Part shown: one piece after another, positions 26,874-40,632 of the stretch
How positions within the stretch are numbered: the stretch's first letter is position 1
How the letters are laid out: each line of letters opens with the position of its first letter
Assembly (NCBI RefSeq): GCF_037042905.1
Contig: NC_087252.1
Location: 21,764,001 to 21,828,000 of the forward strand
Origin: Lytechinus pictus
Lineage: Eukaryota
DNA: 64,000 nucleotides
Reading direction: 5' to 3'
Made by a program: the position numbers and the translations under genes
The notes under the pieces: generated by a model
Seen by the model: the letters and a program-made list of their open reading frames with translations, nothing else
Database searches by the model: none
Told to the model about the DNA's origin: nothing

Positions 26874-28992
26874 TATAGGATAAACAGTTTCTTTCTGACA
26901 TCCTAAGTCATAGGATAACCTGTTATATTTTATGTATGCTTAATTTCTCGGATCAACATCATTTAAAAAGTAAAAAGAGTACACCCTTTCCACAGCACTA
27001 TGTAGAAGTTACCAATTCATTGGTTTTATTTGACAAATAAAATTTGTAAAAATACAAAACATTATTGAGGATGGAGGTAATACAAGGGGAAAGAAGTGGT
27101 AGAGTTTACAGACATAAAATTTAGAGGATGTAAATGCAGTGATGCAAAAATAGAAGACTACATCAACTCATTACTTTTGGTAAGTTTTAAGCCAAGATAT
27201 TTAAGTCCAAATGATTTTGAAATAGTTTTTTATCCCAATTCCTTAATCCAATTGGAAAATCTCCAGAGATCCTACTTAAAGTTTACTGGGTTTTTTTGGA
27301 AAAAATGAAAGATCTTAAGTGGCTTTCTTATAATCTGACCAGATCATTGGCAAGTGAAGCAGTTAAGCTTTTAATCACTTCAAAATGGAAAGGAAGATGG
27401 TCACTTCTATTTTGAAAGGAAAGTCAAGGACTGGAATAGATTCTGATGATTGTTAAATTGATTAGCTAATCCTCGCTAAATTGATTACAAAAGACTTCTC
27501 AACAACTTCCATCACTTTGATCTCAGAACCGGTTATTGTGATGATGTGAGCAAGGCTAGATTGTTTTTCCAATCATTGTTGTTCTTGATTGAAATAGCTT
27601 TACAAAAGATAAGCTGAAGAGGATTCTGATGATACCTTTATGTGTAAATTGATACATCAAATGTTTATCTGAAGGATGCATTGAAGTTAACTTTGAAAAT
27701 TGAAATTAAGAATTTATAGTGTTCATAATGCAATTTACTTCCTTGCAAGGAAAGTGTTTTTGTGTTTTCAATTCAACAATCATTTTGTTTGAAGACGCAA
27801 AGATGTAGGCCTATATTGTTAAAAAGAGATATTTTTTTCATTCAGATTGCCTTCTCATGATGAAATAGTCTTGATATATATATTTGAGTGCAAACATATT
27901 GGTGATCTCTCTTTAATATTCTTTGGTGGATTTTCATCAAATCTTCACCAATGTTTTTCTCTTTTTTTTTGTTGTTGCTTTTTTGCTTTTTTAAAAGCTA
28001 AAGTACCAGAAGGGTTAACTTCCACTGGGAAATCTGCTTTTCCCACCTCAGTTAAAGTAGGTCCAAATCTTTTCTTCATAGTTTGCTGCTTGCATCAAAG
28101 GAAGCCCATGCACCCTGTCCCTTTTGTTCCAGACCACCTCAGTGCAGGGGGATTAAAGCCTAGTCCATTACCAGGGATGGGATAAGCCTAATCCATGGAT
28201 GAAAGGAGATAATCCTCCAGGCATAAATAGATATCTTACAAGTATTTAGGTGGACAGGAGAAGGGTGAAAGACACAGGACATTTCTTTTGTTCAATTTTT
28301 GTTCAGGTTGGCTTGGTAAAGAATTCCCTAAAGACTTAATTAACTTTTCCAATTACTTGTCCCAACTTGTCCCCCCTCCCCCTCTCTCTCAATCTTTCTT
28401 TCTCCCCTCCCCTTCCATCTTGCCCCCCCCCCCTTGGGTAGACCCTCAATGCAAATGCGATGATGCGACCCTAGGTGGTATATAGAATCAGCCATAACAT
28501 GTGGTAATTCATGTTAATTACCAATTTCACCAAGCTAACTGAAGCACCCTGTGTAGTTCTACAAAGATTTTAAAAAGTGGCTTAACAAGCACATTGGATG
28601 TGTCCGCTCATCTTAAGCTTCTCACCCATTCTGAAGAGTGCTCCACCAAGAAGAGGGGTAATAAAGGGACAAGTGGTCCTCAAGGAGGGGTGCTTCAGTG
28701 CACCCCTCTTTTAGGAGATGATCCCTCTACTCCCAGACATGGGCGCACAAAGAACCAACTTTTGTCTCAATGAGATGGTTATTTTCTCATAATAAACGCC
28801 TTGATGCATAGGGTTTTGTTTTACACTGGGAAAGATTACATCAGAAAATGTTTATTTGTTCCTCTTTCTCGTTAAACAATCCTCCAGAAATCTGTATGAA
28901 TCCCTTTTCTCAACTGCCCCTGTAGGTGGATGAAAGAATACACTGGAACAACTTTGATGTTAAGACGAGAGCAACATCAGTCGGTGGTCTTA

Positions 28993-29383
28993 TACCCCTT
29001 TCATAAACCCAATAAAACATATCCTCCAATTAGCCGCCTAAGAGTAATGCGGATAATTCAATAAAAATTGCATTCACAAACTCCATAAATTATTTTTACG
29101 AGCGCCCGTCCTGAAAAAGGCGGATAATCGTCATGACAACTGGACACGCCCCCTCCAATGCGGTTGTGTTGGAAAAGGGAGACCTTGTGACCGCACCATG
29201 GCAATTATCCGCATTATTTGGAAATACGTTCATAAACTCAAAATCTTGTCCCGATGCCGCTATTATGCGGAAAATAGCAGCATCAGAATAATGCGGATAA
29301 CTCTTGTCCTCCTCTGATTTTACGACCAAATTATGCTGCTATTAGCCGCATAATTGTGTTTTATTGGGTTTATGAAAGGGGTA
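28993..29383. mobile_element. MITE with 27-bp perfect TIR (superfamily ambiguous)
   Basis: TACCCCTTTCATAAACCCAATAAAACA / TGTTTTATTGGGTTTATGAAAGGGGTA. Flanks read either TTA/TCA (Harbinger-like) or TA/TA. Internal GCGGATAA repeats. Confidence 0.85.
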
Positions 29384-29830
29384 TCAGGGGTCACATGCAT
29401 CCCCTGGTGTAAAAATGCACCATAGAGTGTTAGTGTAAACCTAACACCAAATAGTGTTAAAATATCACAAATATTGTGTGGTTTAATTACACTGATGGGT
29501 GTTGAACTAACGCCATGAATATGGAACTGGTGTAAAATGCTTGGTGTGGCCCCCTGCAAACACTGGTGGTGTAGTTTTAACATCAATGTTTATTGTGCAA
29601 TTCATGTGAGCAATTTTGGGTTGTGATGTGAATGCTGAATGCTCCCTGCGTCATCTCTGTAGAATGAAGTAGGAGAAGAAGAGTCGAAGCAAAAGAGGAA
29701 AACACCACTTGATGTTTAAGTGGGGGATAAGTGGTAGTATTTAGCTTGTTGTCTTCAATAGGATTTCTTCTACTTGATAATACAAAGGCCATTCTTCTCC
29801 ACACATTTTGTCTGTATTCTGAACAGTTCA

Positions 29831-30096
29831 GGGCCCGTCTTACAAAGACTTATGATTGATCCAATCAATCGTAACTCTATGGAAATCCATCAATGTCTTA
29901 ATTTTTTCAAAAGGAAATTTGCACAGTATCCTTTGTAAACAAAGAGAAGCACAGGGAATGTTCAAAAAAACAATGACTGCATGAATATACATCATAGAAA
30001 ATATTTTGAACAAACTTGCATAATAGATGTTTACCTTGCTGGCCGTCCATAGTTGGGATTGAGCGGATCAATCGCAACTCTTTGTAAGACGGGCCC
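29831..30096. mobile_element. PIF/Harbinger-like MITE
   Basis: TIR GGGCCCGTCTTACAAAGA / TCTTTGTAAGACGGGCCC, extending imperfectly to about 50 bp. CWG-type flanks. Confidence 0.82.
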
Positions 30097-30953
30097 CTGA
30101 AACGTTTATGTTTTTGTCATTATTTTGTTTCTTTGTGATAGATAGTTGTTATCCTTGAGCACAATACTGATTATAATGATTGCAGCAGCTAATTTTCTTT
30201 ATGGACATAAGTAGAAATATATTTATATGAGGGTAGTAGAAATAGAAGCCCTACAGTAGATTTTAAGGAATTCTTCCAACAAAATGCAATTTCATTTCAT
30301 CCCTTTCTTTTTTAAATATACACAAGAACACACATTTAGCAAATGTAAGGTCGTTACTTTTGTTCATTTTTGTAATTGTATTTATGTATTTGTATTTATG
30401 TATTTTTGACTTGTATGTGAAAAATGGAAAGAAAAGAAATGAAATAAATCAATAAATCTTTAAAAAAAAAATTGGGGGGACATGAGCAGAAATGCATCTT
30501 CTTGGGGCTTCTAGAAATTTGCACACAGAAATAGAGTTTGTTTAAAAAAATAATTATCAAGAATTTGCATTTTCATCAATCATACCTAGAGAGAATTGAA
30601 AACAAAAATGAGAGGGAAAAAGCAGTCGGATATTGAGAGAAAAACATCAGTCCAATACTAGTAATAGAAGAAAAATGTATGAAAACCCCTCAATATGAAA
30701 AGCATGTTGCTGTGAAATATGGATGAATAAAAGGCAAAAGACAATCGGCTGGAAATTGTTTCCAACAAACCCCCTCCTACATCCTTCCTTCACGTACTCA
30801 AAGAATACCCCGTCGCTTTCAGTCGGCGATTAATCTCATCTTGATAAACCAATATTGTCATCTCAAATTGGCCGTTGCGGAACTGTCTGTCGGTACACGG
30901 CCGATCCGCCATCCCCAGTCCAGTGCACTGCGTGTCCTTATTCCGTAGTGATA

Positions 30954-31248
30954 GCCGATAAATTTGCTGATTTTATTCATCTTGTTAGTTGGAGAATTGT
31001 CCTGATTGATTGAATATGAGATTATAGCCAGTCTCTATTTATGACTATTTCATGATTGTACTTGAATGCAATGGCTTCATAAAGGGTAATAATTATGTCT
31101 ATTTTACTTTTTGTCAATCAATGGGGACAGTGATTTTATAGCCAGTGGATCAAAGAATCATTGCATGTAATATGAATGAAGGGGGTTGCGTTGATGTGAG
31201 ATACCCTCGCCGGGACAACGGTTACGCTTGTTGGGAGAGTACTTCTTC
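30954..31248 (+). repeat. Unclassified ~295-bp interspersed repeat, copy A
   Basis: GCCGATAAATTTGCTGATTTTATTCATC...GAGAGTACTTCTTC aligns end to end with the reverse complement of 43469-43751. Confidence 0.9.
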
Positions 31249-33180
31249 AAGGTTCTTCAAGATATCTTTTTACTTTATTTTTCATATTGTAATTTTCATA
31301 GGGTGTATCTTTTCTGTTTTTTTTTTCTCTTTTTTTACTTTCTTTCCTCCCTAAAATTTATTCATTTCTTCCCTAATTTATTCCTTTCATTCTCCCTTCC
31401 TTTCTTTTTCTTTTGTTTATTTCATAATTTTCTATTTTCCCCTCCTTCCCTTTCTTTCTTTCTTTCTCTTTCTCTCTTTCTCTCTCTGTCACTCTCTCAC
31501 GAACACTTTCTTTTTGTTTTTTCCACTTCTACACCAGTATTGCTTTCTGATTACCAACATAATTTTTCTTTCTTTCTTTTTTGTATCCTTTTCTATATTT
31601 CTGTCTTTCTCCTTACTCCTCTTTGTTTCATTATTCTCCCCTCCCTCAATTTCATTATTCATATTTTTCTACTCTTTTAGATGGTGTTTTTCTTTTTTCT
31701 ATTTTTCTTCAGGACTTGGGGGGGGGGGGTCATTTCACCTAACAGTTTCTCATACTGACCTTGGTTTTCTTTTTTTCTTCTATGTCATAATGCAATAAGA
31801 AATATTTGTCCCAAAATATAAAACCATAAATGGATTTAACTATCTTGTATTCCAAATTGACAAGTAACTTTACGATCATCATACTTGTCGTTCGCCAAGC
31901 TGTGGAATGGGAGCTTTATGTAGCATTGCAGCATTTTATTCCGCAAATATTGGTAACGCGTGGATGCGATATCAATTATCATATGTGCAGATCCTAACCC
32001 GAGGGCAACAACATTGTTTGCATTCAGATCAGATTGTAAAAGCTGTCAAAATCTTCATCATGAACGATCAAATTTTGCCTGGCTCTTTTTCTTGTTTTAT
32101 CAATTAAAATGCTTTATCCTTCTTGGTCGTAATTTTAAGTCTGCCTCACGCTTCTGAGGTATTTTATTTGTATATGTTCCTTCTGTTTTACGCTTGTGCA
32201 TCTGGGGTTCTTTAGCAATCGTCTCGTCATGACGGCACTGTCACGTTTTCTATGCCTAATTTTAGTTTTTGTCTTACGTTCCTTATGAATTCATCTGTCT
32301 TTTGGATGTATTTTCAACATCTTTTTTTTATCCTCTCCCCATCCCCGTTTCACATCTTACTCTCACTTCAAGATTACAGTCTTTCCCACTTCTATCTTTC
32401 TTTTCTAGCTGCTTATGTTCAGTTTTTTTTAATTTATTTTGATACAACATTTCTCAGGGAAGATAATTTTCAGGTTTTTATTATCTGTTATGAAAACTTC
32501 ACTCCATCTTTCTTTCTGCACCCCCCTTCTCCATCTCTCTCTCTCTCTTCTTTTTTCTTCTACCAATTTCCATCACCCTCCTCTCCCAAAAGGTATCAGC
32601 TAATGCTGAACTATATATTTCTTTTCAGTTTTTAAATAGTTTAACATTTTTCTTTTATTCAAAGACGATTTCGATCTTCCTACATCTTGCTAGTAAGTGA
32701 TGCAACTTGAGGCTTGAATGGAGGAATTCAACACAGAAGAACATGGTTTTGATTCTTCTTATTTTATTGTAAATTAGTTAACATTTTTCTTTTTTCTTCA
32801 AGGAGGGGGAGGAGAGGAGGAGAGCAGTCTCCTTTTCTCCCTTTTTCATCTGTCTTCGATTCTCCTCTTGCCCCTCTCACCCCATACTTCCATCAGGGCA
32901 TTACTCCTACGCTGGGTAGACGAGGACAAGTTAAGGGAGCTTATTAGGATGGGCTATGTTGTCATTTAAATAAGAAAAGCTTGCCTTCGGGGGCTGATTC
33001 AAGTTTAAATGGCAGGGTTAGGCTGACGTGAGCGAGGGATATGGGCGAGGAGTTTTCGAAAGCTAATTGTTTGGGTGGACCTTTCGAGAGCTCATTTTTT
33101 AGGAGGCGTTGTACGCTAGGAAGGTATGCCGAGATGGTCTTGCTATGATCATTTAATTCTAGTGTGTTTCATCTCCAAAT

Positions 33181-33360
33181 GTCATCATTGTCATCATCGT
33201 CACCATCATCATTGTCATCAACATCATCATCTTGTACACTACCATGGTCATCATCATCATCGCCATCATTGCCTTCATCATCATCATCATGACCATCACC
33301 ACTAGCTTCATCATTATCAACAGTGTCACCACCATCATCCTCATCGTCATCATCATCACT
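33181..33360 (+). repeat. (CAT)n microsatellite
   Basis: Direct reading. Confidence 0.92.
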
Positions 33361-35793
33361 CTAACTGGCCAGTAGGAAAGCCCCCCCCCCCCCCCCGTAT
33401 TCTAGGAGGGAGCTCTCCCCTTCCTTTCCAATTTCACATAATTAATCGATAATGACTTCCAAATGAATATTCCTTTTCCAACCCTGTCGACCCCTCACCA
33501 TGAAACTGGGTCCTTTCTACCATGTGCACTAAGCAGCTACCCTTACTGCCCCTGGGTACACAACATACATGTTCCCTGTGGGCTCGTTCCCTGGGGGTAG
33601 GGACGGGATGAAATGACATAGAACATGGAGATTGACATCATGGAATGATTGCCTTTAATATTGCATGGACATTCGTGCATCGTGATTGGAAAAATCATTT
33701 GGGGGGGGGGGCGTGTCTCCGTATGGATCCGAATGTTTCGGCCAAATGCATTGAAGGGTCTTTGCAAGGTTTGTCTTTCGTGTCGCCCATTTATTACGAA
33801 GCACCATAGGAGGCGCATTTTGTCATTTATTACAACCTATTAAAAAAATCATCTAACTCAATTACTTGTTATTACGTAAGGTACGTCGTCATTTATATTT
33901 AAAAAATTATTTTGTTCACTTTGATGGATGAATAAAATAGGTTTCCAAGTAATAGAACTAATAGTAAAAAGGCATTTCATACAGCACAATCTGATAAATC
34001 TGTGACACACGAAAGACTGCCCTTGTCGAGATACTTTTTTGGAGAAAAAAAAAAGAATTTATTCGATATTCAAGATACCATCAGCTAGTTTCACTGATTG
34101 GTGTTTCCTTCTGCAAAACCCTTTGGCAAGTCTCAAGCCAATTTTTCCATCCTTTTAATAATTATGCTTAGAAAAATTGTGATGTTCCTCTAGGAAATCC
34201 CCCAGGATAAGAAAGCTTGATATTTCTTAATGCACTTATGGTCATGGTGTCTAGATTGTGTCTATAAATTATTTTTAGAAACTGTAAATGGATTTGCACT
34301 CGTCAGGATCCCAACGCTATTCTCAACAGAATCCCAGATACACTTTGCTTCAAGAACAATCTTCCAATTATTAGTATTTAACCATGAAATACTTAGTTTC
34401 TATACCACTCATAAGTATAAAAAAGATGTGTTCTTATAATCTGAATTTCTTGAAGCTATATTTAAACTGGAATTGTCATATTTTTCAGTATGGGGATTTA
34501 GTTACCAAGTTTGAATAGTTCATAAAAGTTCAAAATAATAATAGAACCTGTCAAATATACTGTCATGTCATACTTATTGTATTTTCACATTGTACATCTA
34601 ACATATACAACTACAATCTTTTGAAGATCACAAAATTCAATAAGCCAGTGAAATTGAATTCCGGGAGATCTCTTTCAACAGATTTTGCAATTCATAAGGA
34701 AGACAATAGGCTAGATAACGCATAGGTCACTGAAATCTGTACTTCTACGAGAAAAACCCTAGATAAGCCTTGAGGAATTAAGGAGAAAGGCATTTCAAGA
34801 AACGTGAGAGATGATCAACCTGAAGGGATTCGGACAGGTAGAGGGCTGTGTGAGGCGGAGCGGGACAAACTGATGCGGTCAGCTTGGGTGATGAACTTGA
34901 GATGTCCGGAGACGTCGGGGAGATGTTCATCAATTTCCCCTGCTTGCTGAGGCTTTATTGGCTAGGAAAATCAGAACACGTAATGAGCGTGGTGCCAGAG
35001 GCCTCACCAATATATTTTTGTCCATTATACCAGGTTTGCGGGCAAAAAAAAGGTGACCTTGAGATGAAAGTGAACTTTTTTTGCTTTTTGAGGAATTTTG
35101 CATTTGGTGAGATGGAATATGAGAGAATGAAATGTGTCAGGAATGGAAAGGGGCTTGGTCAACAGAAAGAGTGACAAAATTTACAGTATCTTTATTATAA
35201 ATTCATTGGTTAGGACCTTTCAGATTATTTAAATGTAAATTAGTATTGAAGGAGCTTTTGTTGTTTAAAATAAATAAAAAATATTAAAATGGATTAATGT
35301 TCTCTTTGGAGGAACATCGTTCTTCCAGAACAAAGTTTTAAATGGAGTAATATTTTCTTCAAATGAACAGAATTGATCTGGACAGAACTGAACCTATTCT
35401 TCGATTTCAAATTAGTGCTTGAAGTTATGATGTAACAAGAATAATGGTATAAAGTTAACTCTCTACAAATAAAATTATTAAATGGATTAATTTAGTATTG
35501 AAAGGAATAGAACTGATCTGGAACATCTTCCATGCTATTACTACCTCTTTGAAGTTACTTCAGTGTAAAGGACTGGTAATCCACTTTGACAATTAAACTT
35601 AATTGGGACATCATTGGTTTAATGATGTCCATGCTGTGCCCCAGTAGGCTGCAGGCACAGATCTTTGTGTTTTTTTTTTTTACATTTGAATATAATGCAG
35701 AGTCTGAAGTAGTGAGACTAGAATCACTATGTACTGTGGCTGGCTCTATGACACAGACAGAGACAGAGAGTCTGTAGTTTAGTTTTTGCTCTA

Positions 35794-35996
35794 CACTGCA
35801 AAAACTCTGGTGTTGATTTAACACCAGCCTGGAATCTATATATGTCCACACCAGAGAAGTATTGAAACAACACCAGTTTGGAATCAAATCCATGCTGTTT
35901 AAAATCTAATGGTATTGTATAAACACCTATCTGGTGTTAGACCAAAACCAAACTTGTGTAGTTTGGTGTTAAATCAACACCGGAGTTTTTGCAGTA
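35794..35996. mobile_element. CACTG-terminated (EnSpm/CACTA-like) MITE
   Basis: 33-bp TIR CACTGCAAAAACTCTGGTGTTGATTTAACACCA with 2 mismatches. TA on both sides. Internal ACACCA/TGGTGT sub-repeats. Confidence 0.82.
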
Positions 35997-38900
35997 TAGA
36001 CTGTGGTAAAGTGTCAAATTTGGGTCTGTGCTTGCAAACTAGTGCCCTGGTATGCTCTTGCCTCAGATGAAATCAAATAATACAATTTAAGTGTCCTCTT
36101 CTTGATTCTACATCAAGGACAAATGCCTGATTAACAGTCCTTTGAACCTACAGAGATGGCTCCCGTCTCGGCCACAAATTAATGGCCATTTTGTGTAATG
36201 ATCTGTCGCGGCTTTTGCGGCGTTCTGCCACAGAGTGGAGAGCCGGATGAGATGACGATGATGAGACAACCATACTGTCATCTTTCTGCTAGAAGGGCGT
36301 TAGATTGTTCAGGCTTCAATGGCAGTAACGTCATTCTTGCTGGCGATGGAGGTGGTATAATCCTTCTAGCAGATAAAGGAAACAAAGAAAAGTGCTTGGT
36401 GTTAATTTGTGGAACTTCATTTAAGAATGACTTGAAGAGATGATTGTAGATTGACAATGTGAGAAAAATGATTGCTGTAATCAAAGTTACATTAAGTACA
36501 TGCTCAAACAGCTGTCACTGCATTTTTAATGATGAATTATCTTAAAAAAGTATGGATAATAAAAAAAGAAATGAAATTGTCAAAATGGGTGCAGTTGCTG
36601 ACTTCATGAATACTAATTATAGAAGCTTTTGGCTATAATAATTGTTGATATTTTATTTGTAATTCTGTGTATTCAAAACTAAAGCTTGTACACTGCAGAT
36701 TCATTTTGTGTTTAAAAAGCTGGATAAGATTATGATCTCTGGAAAAATGAACAATGCATGATTAGACTCTTATCCATATTTTAAGATGTTTTGGTGTTAG
36801 AAACTGGGAAAAGACAGGCACGTTTTATACGCTTATTATAAAACACTGCAAATCTGGGACCTGAGGGCTAAGTCATTAGAAGGACTAACGAATAGACAAT
36901 ACCCGAGGTGCTTGTGTACGTAAGGGTAACAATGAATTGTTGTTTCAACATTAGTGGCGTTTAGCTCAAAAGCTGCTCGAAGATGCAGAGGGAATGGCAC
37001 AGGTTCTGGCGACGGTCGCCACGTGCACTGCATGGTGGGAAAAAAACACGGGGGGAATCGCGGGGCAGATGTTTCCCGCGTCCCAGAGCCGATGAGAAAA
37101 GAGAAGGGGAAAGATTCGGTATAGGAGAGGAACGGAGGAAAGTTTGTTGATTTTGTTGGCAGCATCGGAGCTTGTGTTGGGGAAGGGAAGCACTGGTTTG
37201 GCTGGAGGTGCGATTAGCAGTCCCACCTCACTAGATCACACGTTGGGTTTTCTCAGAGGGTACGGTAAGAGATCGGGTTTCCACATTGGAGTCTCTTGGA
37301 TTGAAAAACATGGCCCTACTTGGAATAACACACAGTCTCGTTTGTGTTGTTTGGAGGTGGATCGATGAAAGAGCAAGAGTTGTAGCTTGTACCAGCGGCG
37401 GAGAAAGCTCTTTGGTCTTTAAACCCTCTACGACCTAAAGGTGTGAGCCATAGCAGTATACCGACTGGTGAAAGGCGCAGTGGGGTCGGACGACTTAACG
37501 ACCAAAAACCATGTCATTGTCAGCATAACGTGGTCCTTTGCTATTCTCCAAATTATCCTCCCTGTTGACCCCCGGCCCCTCCTGGAATCAAATTCCGTAA
37601 TCTTCTATTTTCGATCAAATAAACAGAATTGCTTGGAATAACATTTTAAGGAACTCCTCTCCGATTGTACTCCCATTCTCAAAAGCGATCAATGAAGAAA
37701 AACAGAATGGCCCACTTCCCGTTAATGACCATCAACCTGCAATCGGAGATACTTGCAAATTGCGGGTAATTTTCTCGTCTAATGACATGATTTTGCGATC
37801 ACGACGGTGATCGTCCTTTGTTCCAAAGCTTCTTGTGCCAGTTGAAACGAGGGGCAAGGGTAAATTATCGTTCGGGAAAGGAAAACACTTTGGTTGGGGG
37901 AAACCAGGCTTTGATTACGCTTGAAGAAATACAAGTCATTGTTCGATTCATGTTCGACATGCATATCATTATGCGGAGGCAGATGGGGGATGATTTGGTG
38001 AAAACATTTAGAAACCTGAGCTAAGGTTGCGATGATTACCATTGCATCATGCAGTCGAAGGCCTCGGTCTTAACACTTTTTTGTCATTCATGAAAGAATA
38101 TAGGCCTAGTAAGAAATAATGTATTTGTATACATGTTATGTTCCTTTGTACTTATACATGAATGAATAAAAGAAGATTTATCAAATGATGAAATTAAATG
38201 TCCTCTCTTTTTCTTTTCACATTGTTCTTCAAATTCCACCTTTCCATTTTTGTGAAGTGTACAAAAAGGCTATACTACCAGCCACCAATAAGAAACAAAG
38301 AGATGTATTCAAATTTCTGCTCAGGTACTATCCCCTTTGTAACAATCAAACAAAAGTGACCACGTCGATAAATTGATCGTAGCATTGAGGACTGTTAACT
38401 CTATATCAACGTAAGGTATTCATTCAAATTAACATTTTCATATGAAGGGCCATTAGTGAGAGAAGGGCTGTCAAGTTGATTATTCTACATTCAATCATCT
38501 CTCGCACTTGAATAAAAATGAGCAATGAATTTCATATTTTCATTTTCGAATGCATGTGACTCTAACGAAGAGATTTTCCTGGTCACGCTTAAATCCAATT
38601 ATCTCTATTCTTCATGAGAATGCATTCATTATCTGCCTTAATCCCATAAATGAAAAATGAAAAATGATTCTCTTTCTTTGAGAAGGGTCAAAGGTCAACA
38701 GGAGAGAACTATAGACATATTCACCTCAAGTAGATTCTGATTTTAGGAATTAGAAGGAAGTATTACATGGTCCGCCTTCCATTGTTCGGATGGGTAGATG
38801 TAAGAAGATATCCATTCACGATCCAGGCTCTAATTCAGCACGTATGAATCTGGGGGTTGACCACGAAAGACACTCAACAATTTCCTGATTGTTTCAAATT

Positions 38901-39429
38901 CGATGCAGACGGTGACAAAGGTTTTGCGCACTTTTGGTGCGATTTGTAGGGTCAGTCAGTGGTTTTGACCTGAAACAAAGAGAAATATCGGAGCATCTTA
39001 GCTAATTACATGTAGGTCTGAAACCTTTTCTTCCTGTTTAATTCATCTCCAGTATATTCTATATGGTCTGTGTAGCTGAGCTCGGCCTGTAAATGGGCAA
39101 ATTAGGAAAATGGGCCGTGTGTGACCGGAATTGCTAATGCTTTTGACAAGATATGACGTGATCTTCAGACGGAGGGCTGGGTTTCATCGGGGAGCCCGAT
39201 TTGGGGTCACTCGATAGGCGACCAGTGCCCATCCATATTTATGAGTGTATGGGACTGTGCGGAAGAGGCGACAGGTGACAATATAAATATGGTTTGGGAA
39301 GTTATTCTCTCTTTCTTTCGAGAGGTGTTTAATAGGATATTATTAAGTGGAAAGAATTAAGAATCGACTCTGATATATCACTGTTACATCCGCTGTTTAT
39401 AGGGATGGGATACTACTGAGCATGACATT

Positions 39430-39585
39430 ATGAGGATGATGATGATGGTCATCGTGATGATGATAGTGATGATGATGATGGTGGTGGTGATGATGATGAT
39501 GATGATGGTGATGATAGTGATGATGATGATGATGATGATGATCTAAGATGAAATAAGAGATGAAAGTGATAATGATGATGATGAA
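39430..39585 (+). repeat. (GAT)n microsatellite
   Basis: Direct reading. Confidence 0.92.
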
Positions 39586-39679
39586 ATAGAATTTAGGCAA
39601 AAAATGATTATAACATTGGAACAATTGTCCTGGTAGATTTCTTAAGAGGGCCAAAGGCAAGCTTGTTAATCTGTTACTT

Positions 39680-40632
39680 CCTGGAACCAAATGGACCACG
39701 TACAAAACCTACAGGATAAAATGGAAATCAGTAGTCAACGGGTTAACCCATTGCATATTGGACCAGACGTGAATAGGACCTGTACAAAACCTTTGGGAAT
39801 TAATGAATACAGACGTCCTAGTTTAACCCATTGCTTGCTGAAACCAGGTGGCGTTGTACAAAACCTACAGGACACAGATGTCAGTACTCAACTGGTTAAC
39901 CCACTGGACCCAAGACGAATGGGGCCTGTACAAAACCCGGGGGGGGGGGGGTGGGGGTTACTTACATTGACGAGTGGATACCATGCGCGACCAAAAAAAC
40001 ACGTAAAAAGGATGTCTTTTTCAAGATAGGGCACGTTACGTATGTAACGTGATAAGGGTGTCAAAAACACAAAAATAATGAAAAAAAGGTATCTATTTCG
40101 CTAGGAAAGCTACATGTTTAGGGTCAAATTTGCGGGGATGATAAAACAAAATTAAAATGTTTTATAAAGGATGTCCTTTTTGCCCCAACACTACGTGTTT
40201 AGAGTCCGATTTGTAAGAGGTGGAAGGTGGGGCCGTACTAAACCGGTGTGTAAAGGTAAAACCGACGACCGACGGACACGTGACATAACAATACAATATC
40301 GCTGTACTTGTTTAGGGGTTCATTTCAGGAAATACATGTACTCTTAGAGTATCATTTTGTTTCTAATACTTGTTAAGGGTAGGCTTTCAGACGCCAATAT
40401 TTGTTAAGGGGTGCATTTTCAGAATATGGAAAATACGTGTTTAGGTTGCTTTTCGGGACCACATGGTCGCGCATGGTATCCACTCGTCAATGGAAGTGGC
40501 CCCCCCGGGACAAAACCTATGGGAATTACTGAATTCAGTGGTCAGTAGGTTAACCCATTGCTTTCTGGAACCAGGTAGGCCTTGTACAAAGTCTATTGCA
40601 AATGACTGAATTCAGTAGTCAAAGGCTTAATC
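39680..40632 (+). repeat. Degenerate 72-82-bp tandem array interrupted by a transposon
   Basis: GTACAAAA(CC) unit starts at 39700, 39782, 39856, 39928 (interrupted) and 40584. Each unit contains a TTAACCCA-like core. Confidence 0.8.
39936..40509. mobile_element. Non-autonomous DNA transposon with CCCGGG(G)n termini
   Basis: Termini CCCGGGGG... / ...CCCCCGGG, plus a perfect inner TIR CATTGACGAGTGGATACCATGCGCGACCA. Flanking direct repeat ACAAAA(CC). Confidence 0.88.

Noticed and set aside
39700..40632. CRISPR-like repeat-spacer appearance
   Set aside because: Eukaryotic intron; the intervening sequences are homologous to each other, and there are no cas genes.
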